A DNA stretch of 64,000 bases from the NCBI GenBank assembly GCA_000182565.2, contig KQ257451.1; one strand, given 5' to 3'. Below, piece after piece: positions 47,634-60,335 of this stretch. The notes beneath the pieces are model-generated. The model made no database searches, was not told the DNA's origin, and worked only from the letters and a program-made list of their open reading frames with translations. The stretch comes from Spizellomyces punctatus DAOM BR117 (lineage: Eukaryota). Position numbers and translations under genes: made by a program. Position 1 is the stretch's first letter. Each line of letters starts with the position of its first letter.

Positions 47634-49299
47634 TCAGTACCGCGACTACAACCCACATAAATAAGAAATCAAAACCCCCACAAGGATGCGACATAAACCA
47701 GGTGAAAAGAAAAGTTTAACGTACCGACATATCCTGCAACATATCTCCAAGTTTGCTGCCACCCATCGCCACCATCCTTTTCAATGCCGTGATATCGTCT
47801 GCCGCCTGTCCGACAAATTTTTGAGCGAAATCTCTAGCTGAATCACCCAACATCGCCATTGGATCGTTGGCATCACGGACTGACGAGGGCCCGGATTCGT
47901 CTCGACCATAGTACTCCGCAGAGCCAAACCCGCTCCGCCCTTGGAATTGTTGAAGTCGTGCGCGGGCTTCTTTACTGTGTGAATAAGATAACAGTCAATG
48001 CGTCAGCTTTGTAGAGAGTCGCAGAGTAGCACGTTCAAATGCTCCTACCTTGCGGCTTCATCAAAGTTCCCACGTCCGAAGTATTGGTCACTAGAAATGG
48101 CCTTCGCGTTTGCAAAGCGCTTCTGTGCATCTCCATCATCACCACCGTAGGATGAAGATGAAGCGGACGACGTCGAACTTCCCATTTTCATACCCCCTGT
48201 GGAACCACTAGCATTGCCACCGGTAGAACCAAACCCGCCAGTAGCTCCAAACCCGAGTTTGCCCATTCCCATTCCCAGTCGTTCCATCATGGCAGCATCT
48301 TCCGCTGATATCTTGGGCTTTGCTGCGCTTTGATATGAACTGGTGGCAACTGGAACAATGGGTTGAGATAACCGCTGTCGTTCCTCTTCCGCCAGGCGTT
48401 TGCGCTCCGCTTCCTGTTCGGTCTTTCGTCTTTCTTCTTCCTCCCTCGCTTGGCGCTCGGCTTCCTCAAAATTAATGATCTTCGTAGCCTTTTTGGCACC
48501 GAGACCCTTCTTGGTGGGCTTCAGGATGTTTGCACCAGAGGTTGCACGCCCCGGAAGGGTTGTGGCGGTGGGTGACTTGATATCATCCGGTTTCGAGAGC
48601 GAGGCAAGTGCTGCTGTTTCGACGCTTATTGTAGCAGGAGCGGGCCGCGGAGCTGCGGTTGTCGTAATCGATGCGGGTGTAGGCGCCGGCTGTGGCGTTG
48701 GAGCTGCAACCGTTTGCGGTGCAGCTGCGACTGGCTGTGGTGGCCGCTGTTGAGCAGAAACGTCCCACCCCGAGAAAAAATCATCGCTTGCCCTCCGCGA
48801 CCCAGTATCCACTTCTCCCTCAACAGCACCATCCACTACAATACGATTTGGGTACTTTCTTGCGTCTTCTTCAATTAACTTCTTCAACCTGTCTTTGTAC
48901 ACGGATGCTGCTTTGGATGTGTACTTGGCTTTCACATCTGAAAAGTTGAGACCACCGTGTTGCCTGAAAAACTCTGTGGCATTAGCGTTTCCGCCTACTT
49001 TCATGGTCCGCAGTTGGTCCAACGTCCAAGAGTCGAGAAGCGTGGAGCGGACAAAGGTAACGTGCACGCCCATGTTGCGGTGGACAGCTGAGCAGTCCAG
49101 ACAAAGGTACACGCCGAACGTGACAGTTGACCACGTCGGGTTTTTGGCATTGCAGTCAAAGCACACCTGCAAGTTAGCACGGTCGTGAGAATCAAAAGTG
49201 AAAGTGTCTCAGCTGTGCGATCCCTCCTACCTTGTTTTCTCGCTTCGACTTTAGCTTTTTGAAAACTTCAATGATATCCGCCTTTGCCACCTGGTCCAT
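47634..49299 (-). CDS. GLO3: ADP-ribosylation factor GAP, Glo3/ARFGAP2-3 type
   Basis: [49 protein letters not shown], Glo3 motif [18 protein letters not shown]; terminal micro-exon SRY*. Confidence 0.93.
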
Positions 49300-49437
49300 T
49301 CTGCTGCGCTCTTTGATAGCAAGACTGGGAGAAATGCAACTGAAACAGCTGAACGAACCAACTGCGTTGACAACGACACTCGCCGGGGACCAGCGTGGGC
49401 TCTGAACGACGCGCCCGATTTGAAGGCCAACCGTAAG

Positions 49438-49446
49438 GTCACGTGA
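49438..49446. promoter_or_regulatory. GTCACGTGA E-box upstream of ArfGAP
   Basis: About 140 bp upstream of ATG 49299(-), in the divergent gap towards PRP24. Confidence 0.5.
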
Positions 49447-50039
49447 ATAAACAAACGGTTTTGTTTTTCAACGAACTAGATGTGTCGTATGCGATTCTTT
49501 AAAGGAGATTTAGTAGTAGTCAGATTGTGCGCATGCTCTGAGTTTATCAGATCCATGGACAAACTGCAGCCAGCATGTTTCCCCTAGATCTACGGGGATC
49601 GCCAACTGGCCTTGCCGGAGTATGCTCCAATTTCGGTCAACACGGCAATGGAGGAACTGCGCAACCACAATGATCGGTTTATATGAATCTAGGTTCATTG
49701 ATGTTCACACTCTTTTTGTTCCGACGTATCAGAGATTGCAACGGTTGATGAAAGAACGATCCAATGGACATTTCTTCACTTTAATATTCCGTGCATTGGA
49801 CAGAATGCTCATTAGGTCAACAAACGTTTTCTGGCCATTGCAATGCCATACTTTTACATTGAGATTCTCCCGTCGTCTCTAGATGCTTGTGGTTGTTGGT
49901 AACTTTCGGTGTTGTTGAATGTTTACGTCAGCTCCAACTTGGGCATCGAACCGGAAGGAATGTACCCTGTCATCACTGTGAGTTTACTCTCAAGCTCGCA
50001 GAAGTCCATCCTTCGAAATTTCCCACGAAGGACACAAGC

Positions 50040-53000
50040 ATGGAGAGAGACGAAAAGACGGAAGATGCTATGGTCATATCAGAAGAAGCTGATACAGACA
50101 CGGATTCTAGCTCAGAAGAAGACGTGGACGATGTAGATCTTACCGATGGAATGGGTACCGGCCCGTCCACCGACGAATTGCAGACCGCGAAGAAGCAGGT
50201 GTGCCTAGCGTTGAATATCTTTTATTAGCCTATCACAAGGGAGATGTTCAAGACTGCATTTTGGCCACAAGGTGGAAGACCATCCCTACGATTACGGTGC
50301 GCATATTGGGTACATAACGGCCCTTCGCCAAGCCTCCGATTTTGACGCCCTAAGGGCTGCGAGGAATGCTATGGCGGACGTCTTTCCCTTGTCGGAAGGT
50401 CAAGAGATCTGGTTGATTGCGCTCATATTTGAATATCCGTTCACGTTGTCGGCATTTTACAGATCTATGGTTAGAGTGGGTTCAGGATGAAGCTCGACTC
50501 GCCGCGACTTTGGAAGAGAAACAGGCCATTGTGGATCTGTATGATAGGGCCACCAAAGACTATCTCTGTAAGAACCATATTTGGCGTACGCGTTGCGATG
50601 CACACCTAACACGTTCTACGTGCAGCTATTAAAATCTGGCATGCATTCATCACATTCCTTTTTCACGAGTATGAAATATCTTTGGATGAGGATGAAGATG
50701 AGAGCTGGATGGATTTGGAAACGGTGCGGGGGTTTTGCGAGCAGGCGATCAAAGCGACAGAGCTGCACTTCAGTCAGGTTGGTTTGACCAAGGCTTATTG
50801 CCTGGTTGGTGCGATTGTTTTAAATGTGCATTTCTAGGGAGCAACAGTATGGAATGCATACCGGGACTTTGAAACAGCGTTGCTCGATGTAAGTAACGTC
50901 ACTACTATGTGGTCTTGATGTGGAAATAGACTGAAGATATTCTATTTCTGTTTGTGTGATGATTAAATTTTAGCGGTCACCCGAGTAAGTTATACCAAGG
51001 CTGTGTCTACTACATATGCTATCAGTCTGGTGATGATCTGACAACCCGCTGTCATTAGTGAACTCCAAGTTAAACGTGTACGCGATATGTACCTCAAACG
51101 GTTGAGGATCCCGCACGCTCGTAAGTACTCCTGGCAGTTGGGATTTGGACCAGAAAATTGGACTGAGCATGAATTGAAGTGCCTTTATGACCGCTACCAT
51201 AGAATTGGAAGAAACTTTCAGCGACTACTCAGGTTTTGAAAGTAAATACGATAGTGAGCAGTACGAAAAGCATCTGACGAGCGCGAACGCTTCGGTTGCG
51301 AAAACGCGAGTTGAGGTGGAGCTGCGCGAGCCGTATGAAAAGGCTCTGGTAGGTTTACGTCTGCTGACGCTACGTACTGCACCATTACAAAGTGACCTGA
51401 CCAAACCTAAACAGGTGGATTCCGGTCAAGGTCTTGCTGAATTCCTCGCTTATGTGACTTTCGAAACCTCGCGACCTAAAGGTGGCGATAAGTTTCGCAT
51501 CCGTACGCTTTATGAGCGTGCGATCAGCGTCCATTGCCTCAACCCGACACTCTGGGACGCCTATATAATAGATATGGTATGCTACCCGAAAACGTTCAAG
51601 CATGTATTCATTTACCCTCCCTAAACGGAATGCAGTCAAATATGTTCCAAATCGGGGTCGTGTTGATACCTCTTGCCGAGCGCTCTGTGCGGAACTGTAA
51701 TTGGGCGGCAGATTTATGGTGTCACTATTTCAGAATCATGGTGAGGCAGATGTGGCCCATGGAGATCAATTCCTATCAGACATTAATACACTAAACAGGA
51801 ACGGTTTGGCCGAACGAAGGGCGACATTGAAGGTACGGTATATTGTCAACAGTCTTCTATACAAGAATAGTGACTAATTTCGCTGACCTCTTAGCTGCTT
51901 ACACGCGCGGGCTATCGTTTATTTCTCCTACGTCCAACCTGGAGGAGGTGGTAAAGCTAATGAAAGCATTCGGAGAATACCTTGTGCGTCAGATCGACTG
52001 GAGTGCAGGTAAAGATAATATTATGTTTACTTGAAAATATCATCTCTTAAACTGTTCATAGGTACACCCACCCCTGGCGAAGCTGGCGAAATAATCACCC
52101 GGTATAAGGACAATATTGCCTACATTCGTGAAAGTGCGTCATTGTTCTCATCCTGACTGTGCTGCAATCACTTATCCTTTCCTGACTAGCCTTTCCAACT
52201 GGCGACCCCTATCTGCGCTTAGAACGTGGCCTGCTGCGATTTTTGGTACGTTATGGACGATTTAGGGCGATATTTATATCATATTATTTATATTTACCCG
52301 GTTTTGGTAGACCCATAAGCTGAAGGATATCCAGTCCGCGCGTTCTACTTATGCTGACGTGTGTAAGAACGGCGGTCAAAGCGACATTTGGTTGGAATAT
52401 GCAGAATTTGAGCGGTAAAGACAGCAAAGACCAATGGCACTCGGTGCAGTGAGCCTTACGATCCTTGCATAGGTACCACGGGACTGCAACATATTGTCGC
52501 GCTGTCTATAAAAATGCAACTCTCCGCAGAACGGACTGGCCAGAGCGCATTTTCGAGGCGTGGCTTACCTTTGAGCAAGAAGAAGGAACGATGGAAATGT
52601 ACTACGAGGCAGCCGGAATTATTAGCAAACAAATTAAAATTGTGGAAAAGAGGCGTGCGGAGGTGCGTGGAGGCTCGCAGCAATATGCAAAAATGATTAC
52701 ACGTTCACTTACCTAGGGGAATGCTCAATAGGAAGCTGCAAAGTTGACCGATATTCAATACGATCCTGGACAGGTAACACGGACAGGTTCTGGATGATCT
52801 CGTTTAATCAAAGACTCATCCATTCGATGCTATCTTCAGTTGCCGGATAGGAAGCGCCCGCGGGAGGAGGGAGCCGATGGCAAAGACGAGCCCGACGCGA
52901 AACGCCCAAAAGGTACTTGGCAAGTCCGAAAGCACCGCAGCTTGGCGATCGCATTCTAATACCACGATGGGATTTAGCAGAGCAGGCGGAGAAGGCAAAC

Positions 53001-54790
53001 TACTACGACTTTCATGTTATCGACAAGTAAGAATTTGCACTGTTAAGAACAGCGGATGTATGGACTTATCTATCTTGCAACAGTAAACTTGCTGGCAGTA
53101 TTCTGTACGTGACCAATCTCTCGCCACGGACTACTGAGCTAGACCTGCAGAACTTGTTTGCACAGGTAAGGACCACTCTACAACGGCTGTTTGTAGATGT
53201 AGACACTTGTTGACTGTGGATCGTAGTGTGGAAAAGTGGTGGACTTGATCTTAAAACCCAATGAAGAAACCGGGGAGCTTGAAGCATATGTCGAATTTTC
53301 AAAAGCGGTAGGAATAACAGACTTCTCTGATAACTTCCGAAATCCTAACATCAAGGACTCAAGGTTGAAGTACGGAAAGGTGCTGCGCTGAACGGCACAG
53401 ATCTTAATGACTCCCAAATCAAAGTTGTCCGATGCCGGCCGGCGGAAAGCATTTGGCACTTTGCCGACGCAAAGGAGATCAATAAGATCTATGTGTCGAA
53501 TTTGCCGGTAAATGTTGAAAAGAAAGTTTTGCGAGTCGCTTTTGAAAAGGTAAAACGATCTATCAGAGAGTAAGTTTAACAGCGAGGAAGCATTGACCAT
53601 TGATATTAGTACGGACCGTTGAGAGAAGTTCGTCTGGTCCAACGAAAAACAATTGCATTTGCCTACATCGAGTTCCGCGATGCGGTAATTCTTTTAGTTG
53701 CTTAGGATTGATATATCTTTTGGATTAACAATGTTTGTAGGAATCAGCTCAACGTAGTCTCGAACTGGATCAGAAACAACTTGTCCCAGGTAGCGACAAA
53801 AAAATTGGTGTTGCCATATCGGATCCCACCAAAACCAAGTACGCTATTGATAATGCACTTTTGTACCGAAGACGAACGCTAACTGGTATTAAGGCTTAAG
53901 GTAGCCGATGAAAAGGAACTTTATGTGACAAATCTTCCTCGAGACATTCAAAAGGAGGATGTAGAGATGATGTTCAATAAGGTGAGAGCTATAGTGTGCT
54001 CAGAGATTGTGCTGAAAACGTTCAATCGCTCATGTTGGAATACAATGGCGATCAGTTTGGCGCCGTCAAAGACGTCCGACTTCCTACCTTCAATGATGGA
54101 ACCCAACGAGGTATTGCCTTTATTGAGTTCGACGATGAGGTTAGTTGAATGATGCTTTACATGCTTGGCACAACCGACGTCTGGGATCTGACACCTGATT
54201 TGCCTCAGCGCGCAGCAAAAAGTGCATTATCCTTGAATGGGACAACCGTAGAAGGTCGTGTAATTGTAGTTACCATCCCCGATCCAAATATGCGGAAGGA
54301 ACGGCAAGATGCGCGGTAAGTCACTTTCCTCAATCAGTTACAGATGTGGGAACTAATACGATGATTTCAAGGCGAGGTTTCCATGGCGAGCGTGCAGGAC
54401 GTGGGGGGAGGGGCGGGCGTGGTGCTGGACGAGGTGGTAGAGGTGGTGGAGGCGGTTGGGGGCGCGGTGGAGGCTGGCACAACCAAGAAGGACATGCCAA
54501 AGGGAATGCTCATGACGACATCCAGGCCCCTTTCAAGTGAGATACCAGTGCACTTACTGCCAAATGGATGCAGGAATCTAATTACACATTGTTTCCGCAG
54601 ACCTGTTACTAGCTTCCTGCCCCGTGCCGCGGGCAGAGGCAGTCGGGCCCCTCACCGGAAGCTTGGGAGAGCCCACGCTCCTGCCCAAGCGGAAACATCT
54701 TCTGGAGATACTGCGAATGATGGGACCGCGTCCCGTGGTACAAGCAAATCTCAAGACGATTTTAGGAAAATGTTGATGGGTGGCAAGTGA
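50040..54790 (+). CDS. PRP24: U4/U6 snRNP recycling factor SART3/Prp24 (HAT repeats + RRMs + Lsm-interaction motif)
   Basis: HAT repeats (PYDYGAHI, FPLSE|DLWLEW, LYDRATKDY, LYERAI, DWPERIFEAWLTFE), RRMs (LYVTNL, IYVSNL, FAYIEF, RGIAFIEF), an RGG tract and C-terminal KSQDDFRKML. Confidence 0.92.
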
Positions 54791-55021
54791 GAGGTGGCAT
54801 ACTTTATACTTTGCCCATCCGAAGAGATATGCATGTGTGAAATAGCATAGCACTCCTTCACATCTATAAAGAACTCAAGCATCCAACCAGCAATTCACCC
54901 AAAGGGTAGACAGGCCGGCAAGCCTTGAAATAAAATATGCAATTATCTAAAAAATAAATACAGGAGAATTGCTAACTGTGTGTACGCTTGTTGCCGCGCA
55001 TATCCGAAATCGGATGAAATT

Positions 55022-57427
55022 CTATCGTCCCCGTCCGCCTCGCCCACCTCGCCCTCCCCTTCCCCGCCCTCGTCCTCCCCCTCTGCCTCGTGCTCCTCCA
55101 CTCCCTCCTCGCCCGCCTCTCCCACCTCGCCCACCTCGCCCACTCGTTCGATCGCCAGGTAATCCCAATTCTTTGACACTACGCTTTTCCCGGCGTGGAG
55201 CGGCGTCATCCGAGTGATCATCGGTCTGCTAACGAAGGGTAGTGAGTAAACTTGGTGAAGCTTCCCTGACGGCCACAGAAGCAGCGACATACCTCGCCCT
55301 TTCCTCCCGGCTTGAACGTGATAGACAAGTTCCCTGATCGGGTCCGCTCAACCTTATCCCTACTGACGTCCCCTGTTGTCCTTAGCCTCTCCTCAAATGA
55401 CTGCTTTTTAGCTTGTATAACAGAGGATGCTTTTCGTGTTGCGTCTGCATTGTTGAGGGATGCCGCGTGGCCTTCTTTGAGTTCATAAAAGCTCAATGAC
55501 TTGGACTTGGTGTCCCCAGCTTTAGGTTTTCTGTGTCTAGTAAATCGGATTTGGTCGTCCTCTGGTGGTCCAGCATATATGGTGAGTTTGATAGAATTGT
55601 TCGATGTGCATGATGGATCTTACCTGAATCATCCGAGTCGCTATCGTCGTCAAACTCATCCAAGTCACTGCTTGCATTACCTTCCGGATCCGATTCACTG
55701 TATTCGTCACCCACATCCTGATCATCCACCTTCTCGAATGCCTGCTTTGCTGCAGCCATACGTGACTCAGACGGATGATGCAATTTATATTCATGACTTG
55801 TTTCATCAATCTGGAAATCCTCATCCTTGAACATATCAGCGAAACGGGAGTCGCCCAATGGGTTCTCTGCTGATGCCCCTGTGCGAACAATCTCCTTCTT
55901 CCGCTTCTTCTTCTTTTTCCTTTCCTCATCTGAATCCATGTCATCGCCTGGTTCCCCGTCCATGAGTTTGACGGCCATAGACCTGTTGATTTTGGGCAAC
56001 TTCTTAACCGCCGAAATTCGGCTCGCGCGCTGCTTCTCGATGCGCTCCTGTACCATACGGCGCTTGTATTCCTCGTACTCAAAGGGATTCGCGATAGCCT
56101 TTGCCTTTTCGTACAGTCGGAGATCGAGGAAGAATCCGTGCATGTAGGCTTTGAGAACATTTGTCCCAATAAGGTGATCCAGTCCGAGGTTGGAGAGCTC
56201 TTTGCGAGTGACGAATTTATAGTCGTCGTAGATAGTTGTCGCCGGGTTCTCTTCCATCTCCTCTGTGAGATTGTCCAGATATGTACACCATTTGGGGGCA
56301 GGGCCCAATTGGGGTATGTAAAACGTCTGAATTTGCACCCCCTCGTTTGCTACCATAATCAACCCAGAGTTGTCCCATACACAGACGTCGTTGATATCGT
56401 TCGGGGGTTCTACGGACGTGAATGCCTTACCCGTGTCCTTGTTCCAGATCTTGATAATTTTGGTGTCCGCCGATACTACATTGCCGGTCGAGTGCATAGC
56501 TAGTGATTTGATGGGAAAGCCGTATTGGTGGTCTTTAAAAACCATGGGGGATGCGGAACGCAAATCGTATACGAGAACCTGGCCGGTTGCGGTACCAACA
56601 GCTAACGTCAGACCGTCATCTCCAAACTTCAGCGCTGATATCTCCGGGAAAGCTTCCAGCACTCCAGCTCCTACAGACTTTACAACCGCCGTACCGATGT
56701 CCAAGGCCCCAATTCTTCGACGCTCACGCGGATCCCAAAATTCTAACCGGCCATCCTCCCCACCAAATCCAAACAATTGATGTGCCGGATTGATGTGCAT
56801 CACATTGACAGCAGGACATTCCGTCGCAAGGGCATTCAGAAACCGGCCTTGCTCGAGGTTCAGTCGCCAGATCTCATTGCTCGCTCCTCCCACCATCAAA
56901 TCACAGGTTGGGAAATGATAGGCGAGGTCTCGTCCAAACTTTGGTACCCGTGTTTTGTAATGCATTCCGAATTGTGAATGAAGCTCTATGGTTCGGTCAG
57001 CTTGCAACATGACCGTCTTTGTCCAGTCATCTGAAAGAATCTCGAATTGGACATTCTCGCAGTCCTGATGTCGGTCGAGTTTCATAGACTTCTGGGCAAG
57101 TTCGTAGACTCTCAACTGGGGCTGGTAAACACCTGTTGCGAGAATGTAGTTTCCATCGCGAGTGGGTTTTATTCGAAGAGACGCCTCAGGGAATTCGAAG
57201 TCCTGAATAAGTTCGATACGTCGTCGCCATTCTGCAATGAAACCAATGGAATCAGCACTAAAGCTTCATAGATACCAACACAACCATCCCAGTGCCTCAA
57301 TCGGGTATTAACCTTGGTCTTTCTTCAAGCTCTTTGCGTTTTTCCTTGCTAGCCAGTCAGGGATAGCACTACGACCCGCACTGGTGACCGAGTAGATCTT
57401 AACGTTATTGGCGTTTGAGACCTCCAT
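55022..57427 (-). CDS. NOL10: Nucleolar protein 10 / Enp2 (WD40 + NUC153), with RGG tail
   Basis: MEVSNANNVKIYSVT..IELIQDFEFPEAS..TGVYQPQLRVYE, RLNLEQGRF, LGPAPKWC..LDNLTEEMEE, YDDYKFVT, AYMHGFF, DSRFADMFKDEDFQIDE; last exon ends GRGGRGGRGR*. Confidence 0.95.
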
Positions 57428-57635
57428 GACAGTCTACGCCGTCTACTAGTACAAGAGACAAGCTTCTCTCAGGTAGCAATACGTTTTAACAGTGAATGGC
57501 AACAATGAAGAAAGCAATTCATGCACGGCCGTGCGAGCCCAAACTGCTGGCGACCCCAACTGGCAAAAAGAATTCAGACATGAAGTTAACCACATTAACC
57601 GCATTGTGCATTCCAATGATAACGTTTGATCGCTA

Positions 57636-57643
57636 ATCACGTG
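57636..57643. promoter_or_regulatory. ATCACGTG E-box upstream of NOL10
   Basis: About 210 bp upstream of ATG 57427(-). Confidence 0.45.
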
Positions 57644-58052
57644 GCTTCGAAGGTAAATAAACATCCAAAGTTAAGCTTGCTTTCCGTCCAAAACAGTGCA
57701 CTACGTTAGAAGCTTGAAACTTTAAACCGACTTATCATCCAACGTAAATCCGGAATTACTACAAGATCAACATCCATTTTTGTAGTAAACTGCCAAGCTA
57801 TTTCGATAAAATCGGGTCCATAATCAAAAACATATGCCCCGCCGCGCTGGCATGAATACTCATCTACATCCAACTTCCTAATTTCAAGATCTTAAAAGCT
57901 GCGCTCAATTTTAAAACGTTGCATATATACATGTCAATCTGCTTAAACAGTAGCATCCGCCCCGGGTTATAAAACACTCATTGATGAGCAATGTAAGCGT
58001 CAATGCGCGCAACGCAACCCACCAAATTCAGTCCCGCTCTGTTGATATTCAC

Positions 58053-60137
58053 TTAGACAGGCATCAAGTCGCCATGGAAAGATTGGATCGCTCGATCCAT
58101 GGTTTCCGAGCGATATAAATCAATGAGGTATTCTCTAACCTTGGCTTCCAGATGCTGGAGCTCTATTTGATCGAGGTGGCATGAGAAATACATCAGGATA
58201 CTAAAAGGGCTTCAGATTACCTGGGCTTGACAGCATTTCCAGGCACCTCTTTGCTTCAATTTGAAACTGCGGTGTCCGGAGCTCATACCAGTACGGCTGG
58301 GGAGGGCGAACTTCATCCTGCAGTAATGCAATCTGCGTCGGCCAACGCACCAAAGACTGCCGCAAAGTGCAATAATCGTACCCAAAGTTGTTTCCATCTT
58401 TTAACAATCAATGTTTTCTCCTAAAACGGTATTTCAATCGGACGACAAGAATGAAGTGGCAGTGGATTCCGGATATCGTACCTGAATCTTCAACAGCTTT
58501 AGTTGATCTTCGACAAACATGAATGGAACGAGACCATCCAAAGGCACATCAAGTAGTCGTGGATCTAATCGATGTGATTCTCGAGCAACCCATTGACTCC
58601 CTAACATCCGTTCACTACGGGCCATAATGCTGGGGGCAGGCGCTGGATGGCGGGAGAGATGTGATCTGTAACAGTAACAGTGCATGTGAAAATGTGTGCC
58701 ATTTGAATGCTCTTACTTAAATGTTACCTGCATTTCAAGTCCAGTGATTGAGCAAATATGGCTTTTGGTATACGACAGTCTGGATGTAGTTCTTCTTCCA
58801 AGGCTCTTTGTAAGGCTTCCGTCTTAGCCATCTAGATTATGAATGTGGCATATTAAACGAGGAAACATTACTGCACACTTAACATGCTGCGCCAAACTAC
58901 CTGCCAAAGAGACGACGACAAGTCCTTGACGCTGTTATACACATCTGTGCCTTCACTTGTATTCTTGCTGCCAGCAAAGCTGACTGATGAAAGTGAAGAT
59001 GTGGAAGAGGTCGTTGTGGACTCACGTAAGTCTGGCGCTGGTGAGGTCACAGTCCTTCGGGCTGCAAAAATACTTGAGTGACTGCCCTCTCCATGGTCTC
59101 TTGAATGGAGGTGACTTTTATTCGCTGAAGTTTTTGATTCATCGATAGTAAGAGGATATGTGTGTGCATAATCCTTAACCTCATCATCAGCTACGGGACC
59201 ATGGAAGTTGCTTGTATCTCCATTTGAAGCATATTCTTCCAATCTCCTCAGATATAGGCAGGACGTAGAGTCGTCCATATCTGCGTCGAAGTGATGTTCG
59301 AGTGAAGAATCAAGTTTCATTCTGGACAAGGACGGTTCGTAGGTCACCTCTGGAACTGTCGGTTCGGTACCACTGATGACGGCCCGTTCCTTTATGTCTT
59401 CGTTGTCCACTGTTACCCAGCCTTGTGTTGACACTAATTGGCGTGACCCTTCTTTGCTTTCGGTGACTTTCCTCAGCTTCTTGCTTTTCCCAGATGGGGG
59501 TGGGACTCCGGATGGCCTATGTGGCTTACTCCGTGGCCCCCTGCTGGACGAATTTGAATCCCGCACCTTAGGCTTGGTCTGTGTCGGAATGCGGACATGT
59601 GATAGCAATGAAGATGGGGAACTAGCTTGCAATCCAGCCTTCGAAGCCTTTGAATAGAGCCGAATGAGAACGTTGTCTAGATAGCATCCATCACGTTCCG
59701 ACGTACCACTAAGTCTTTGCGGGCTTTGGCAGATGGATGTGGGTAATAATTCCGGCGGTCGACACGCCTATAATTCTCGCAATGTGAGAGGGACTAGCCT
59801 TATAGTATGCTGAATTTCTCACTTACTGTACGGAGATTCCCTCAATGGATATTTTCTCCTGGTTTCTGTTCGACGCACGATGGCCTATATCTGATCGAGG
59901 TTGCCGGGATGAAAAATCTGCGTAATGCAATGGGTCTTGCTCCTTCTCATTGGTTAAACTTGTGCATTCGGGACCGCTGTAACGATGATGCGAACCGGTG
60001 ACTTCAGCGCCTTCGCCAACAGTCCAGCACCGCCAAGTGGACGCTAGGCCATGAGGACGCATCGCAGGGTAGTGTCCCTGTTGGTCTCGACGGTTAAGAA
60101 GGTACCGATTATGATAGTTGTTATACAATGCCCACAT
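58053..60137 (-). CDS. Hypothetical protein: Ser-rich disordered N-terminal part plus small C-terminal domain (5' end uncertain)
   Basis: Exons splice to ..LKIQ|EKTLIVKRWKQLW|DEVRPPQPYWYELRTPQFQIEAKR..|ELQHLEAKVREYL..LMPV*; large exon about 58880-59770. Confidence 0.55.
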
Positions 60138-60335
60138 AGAAGTAATTCTTCTGTGTTTGTAAGGAGATATGGTACTGGCTGCAATGACCCTAATATATTA
60201 CTTGATGATCATGGTCCAAGGGAATTTTGGACCTAAGGGTCCGTGTAAATTGTCCGGTTAGATTGATATCTTCGCAAGGTATTTACATTTCAGTTAGTAT
60301 CACAAGCACATATCCCCCATCATGCCTCGCTGGCA

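Noticed and set aside
49780..49862. snR30/U17 snoRNA (ATATTCC m1-like motif plus downstream ACA)
   Set aside because: The m2 motif AAACCAT is not matched, and the flanks do not form the required basal stem.
54943..55290. ORFs 54969-55217(+) poly-Pro/Arg and 54943-55290(-) Glu/Gly-rich as separate genes or a repeat element
   Set aside because: They are alternative frames and the antisense of the RGG-coding last exon of NOL10.
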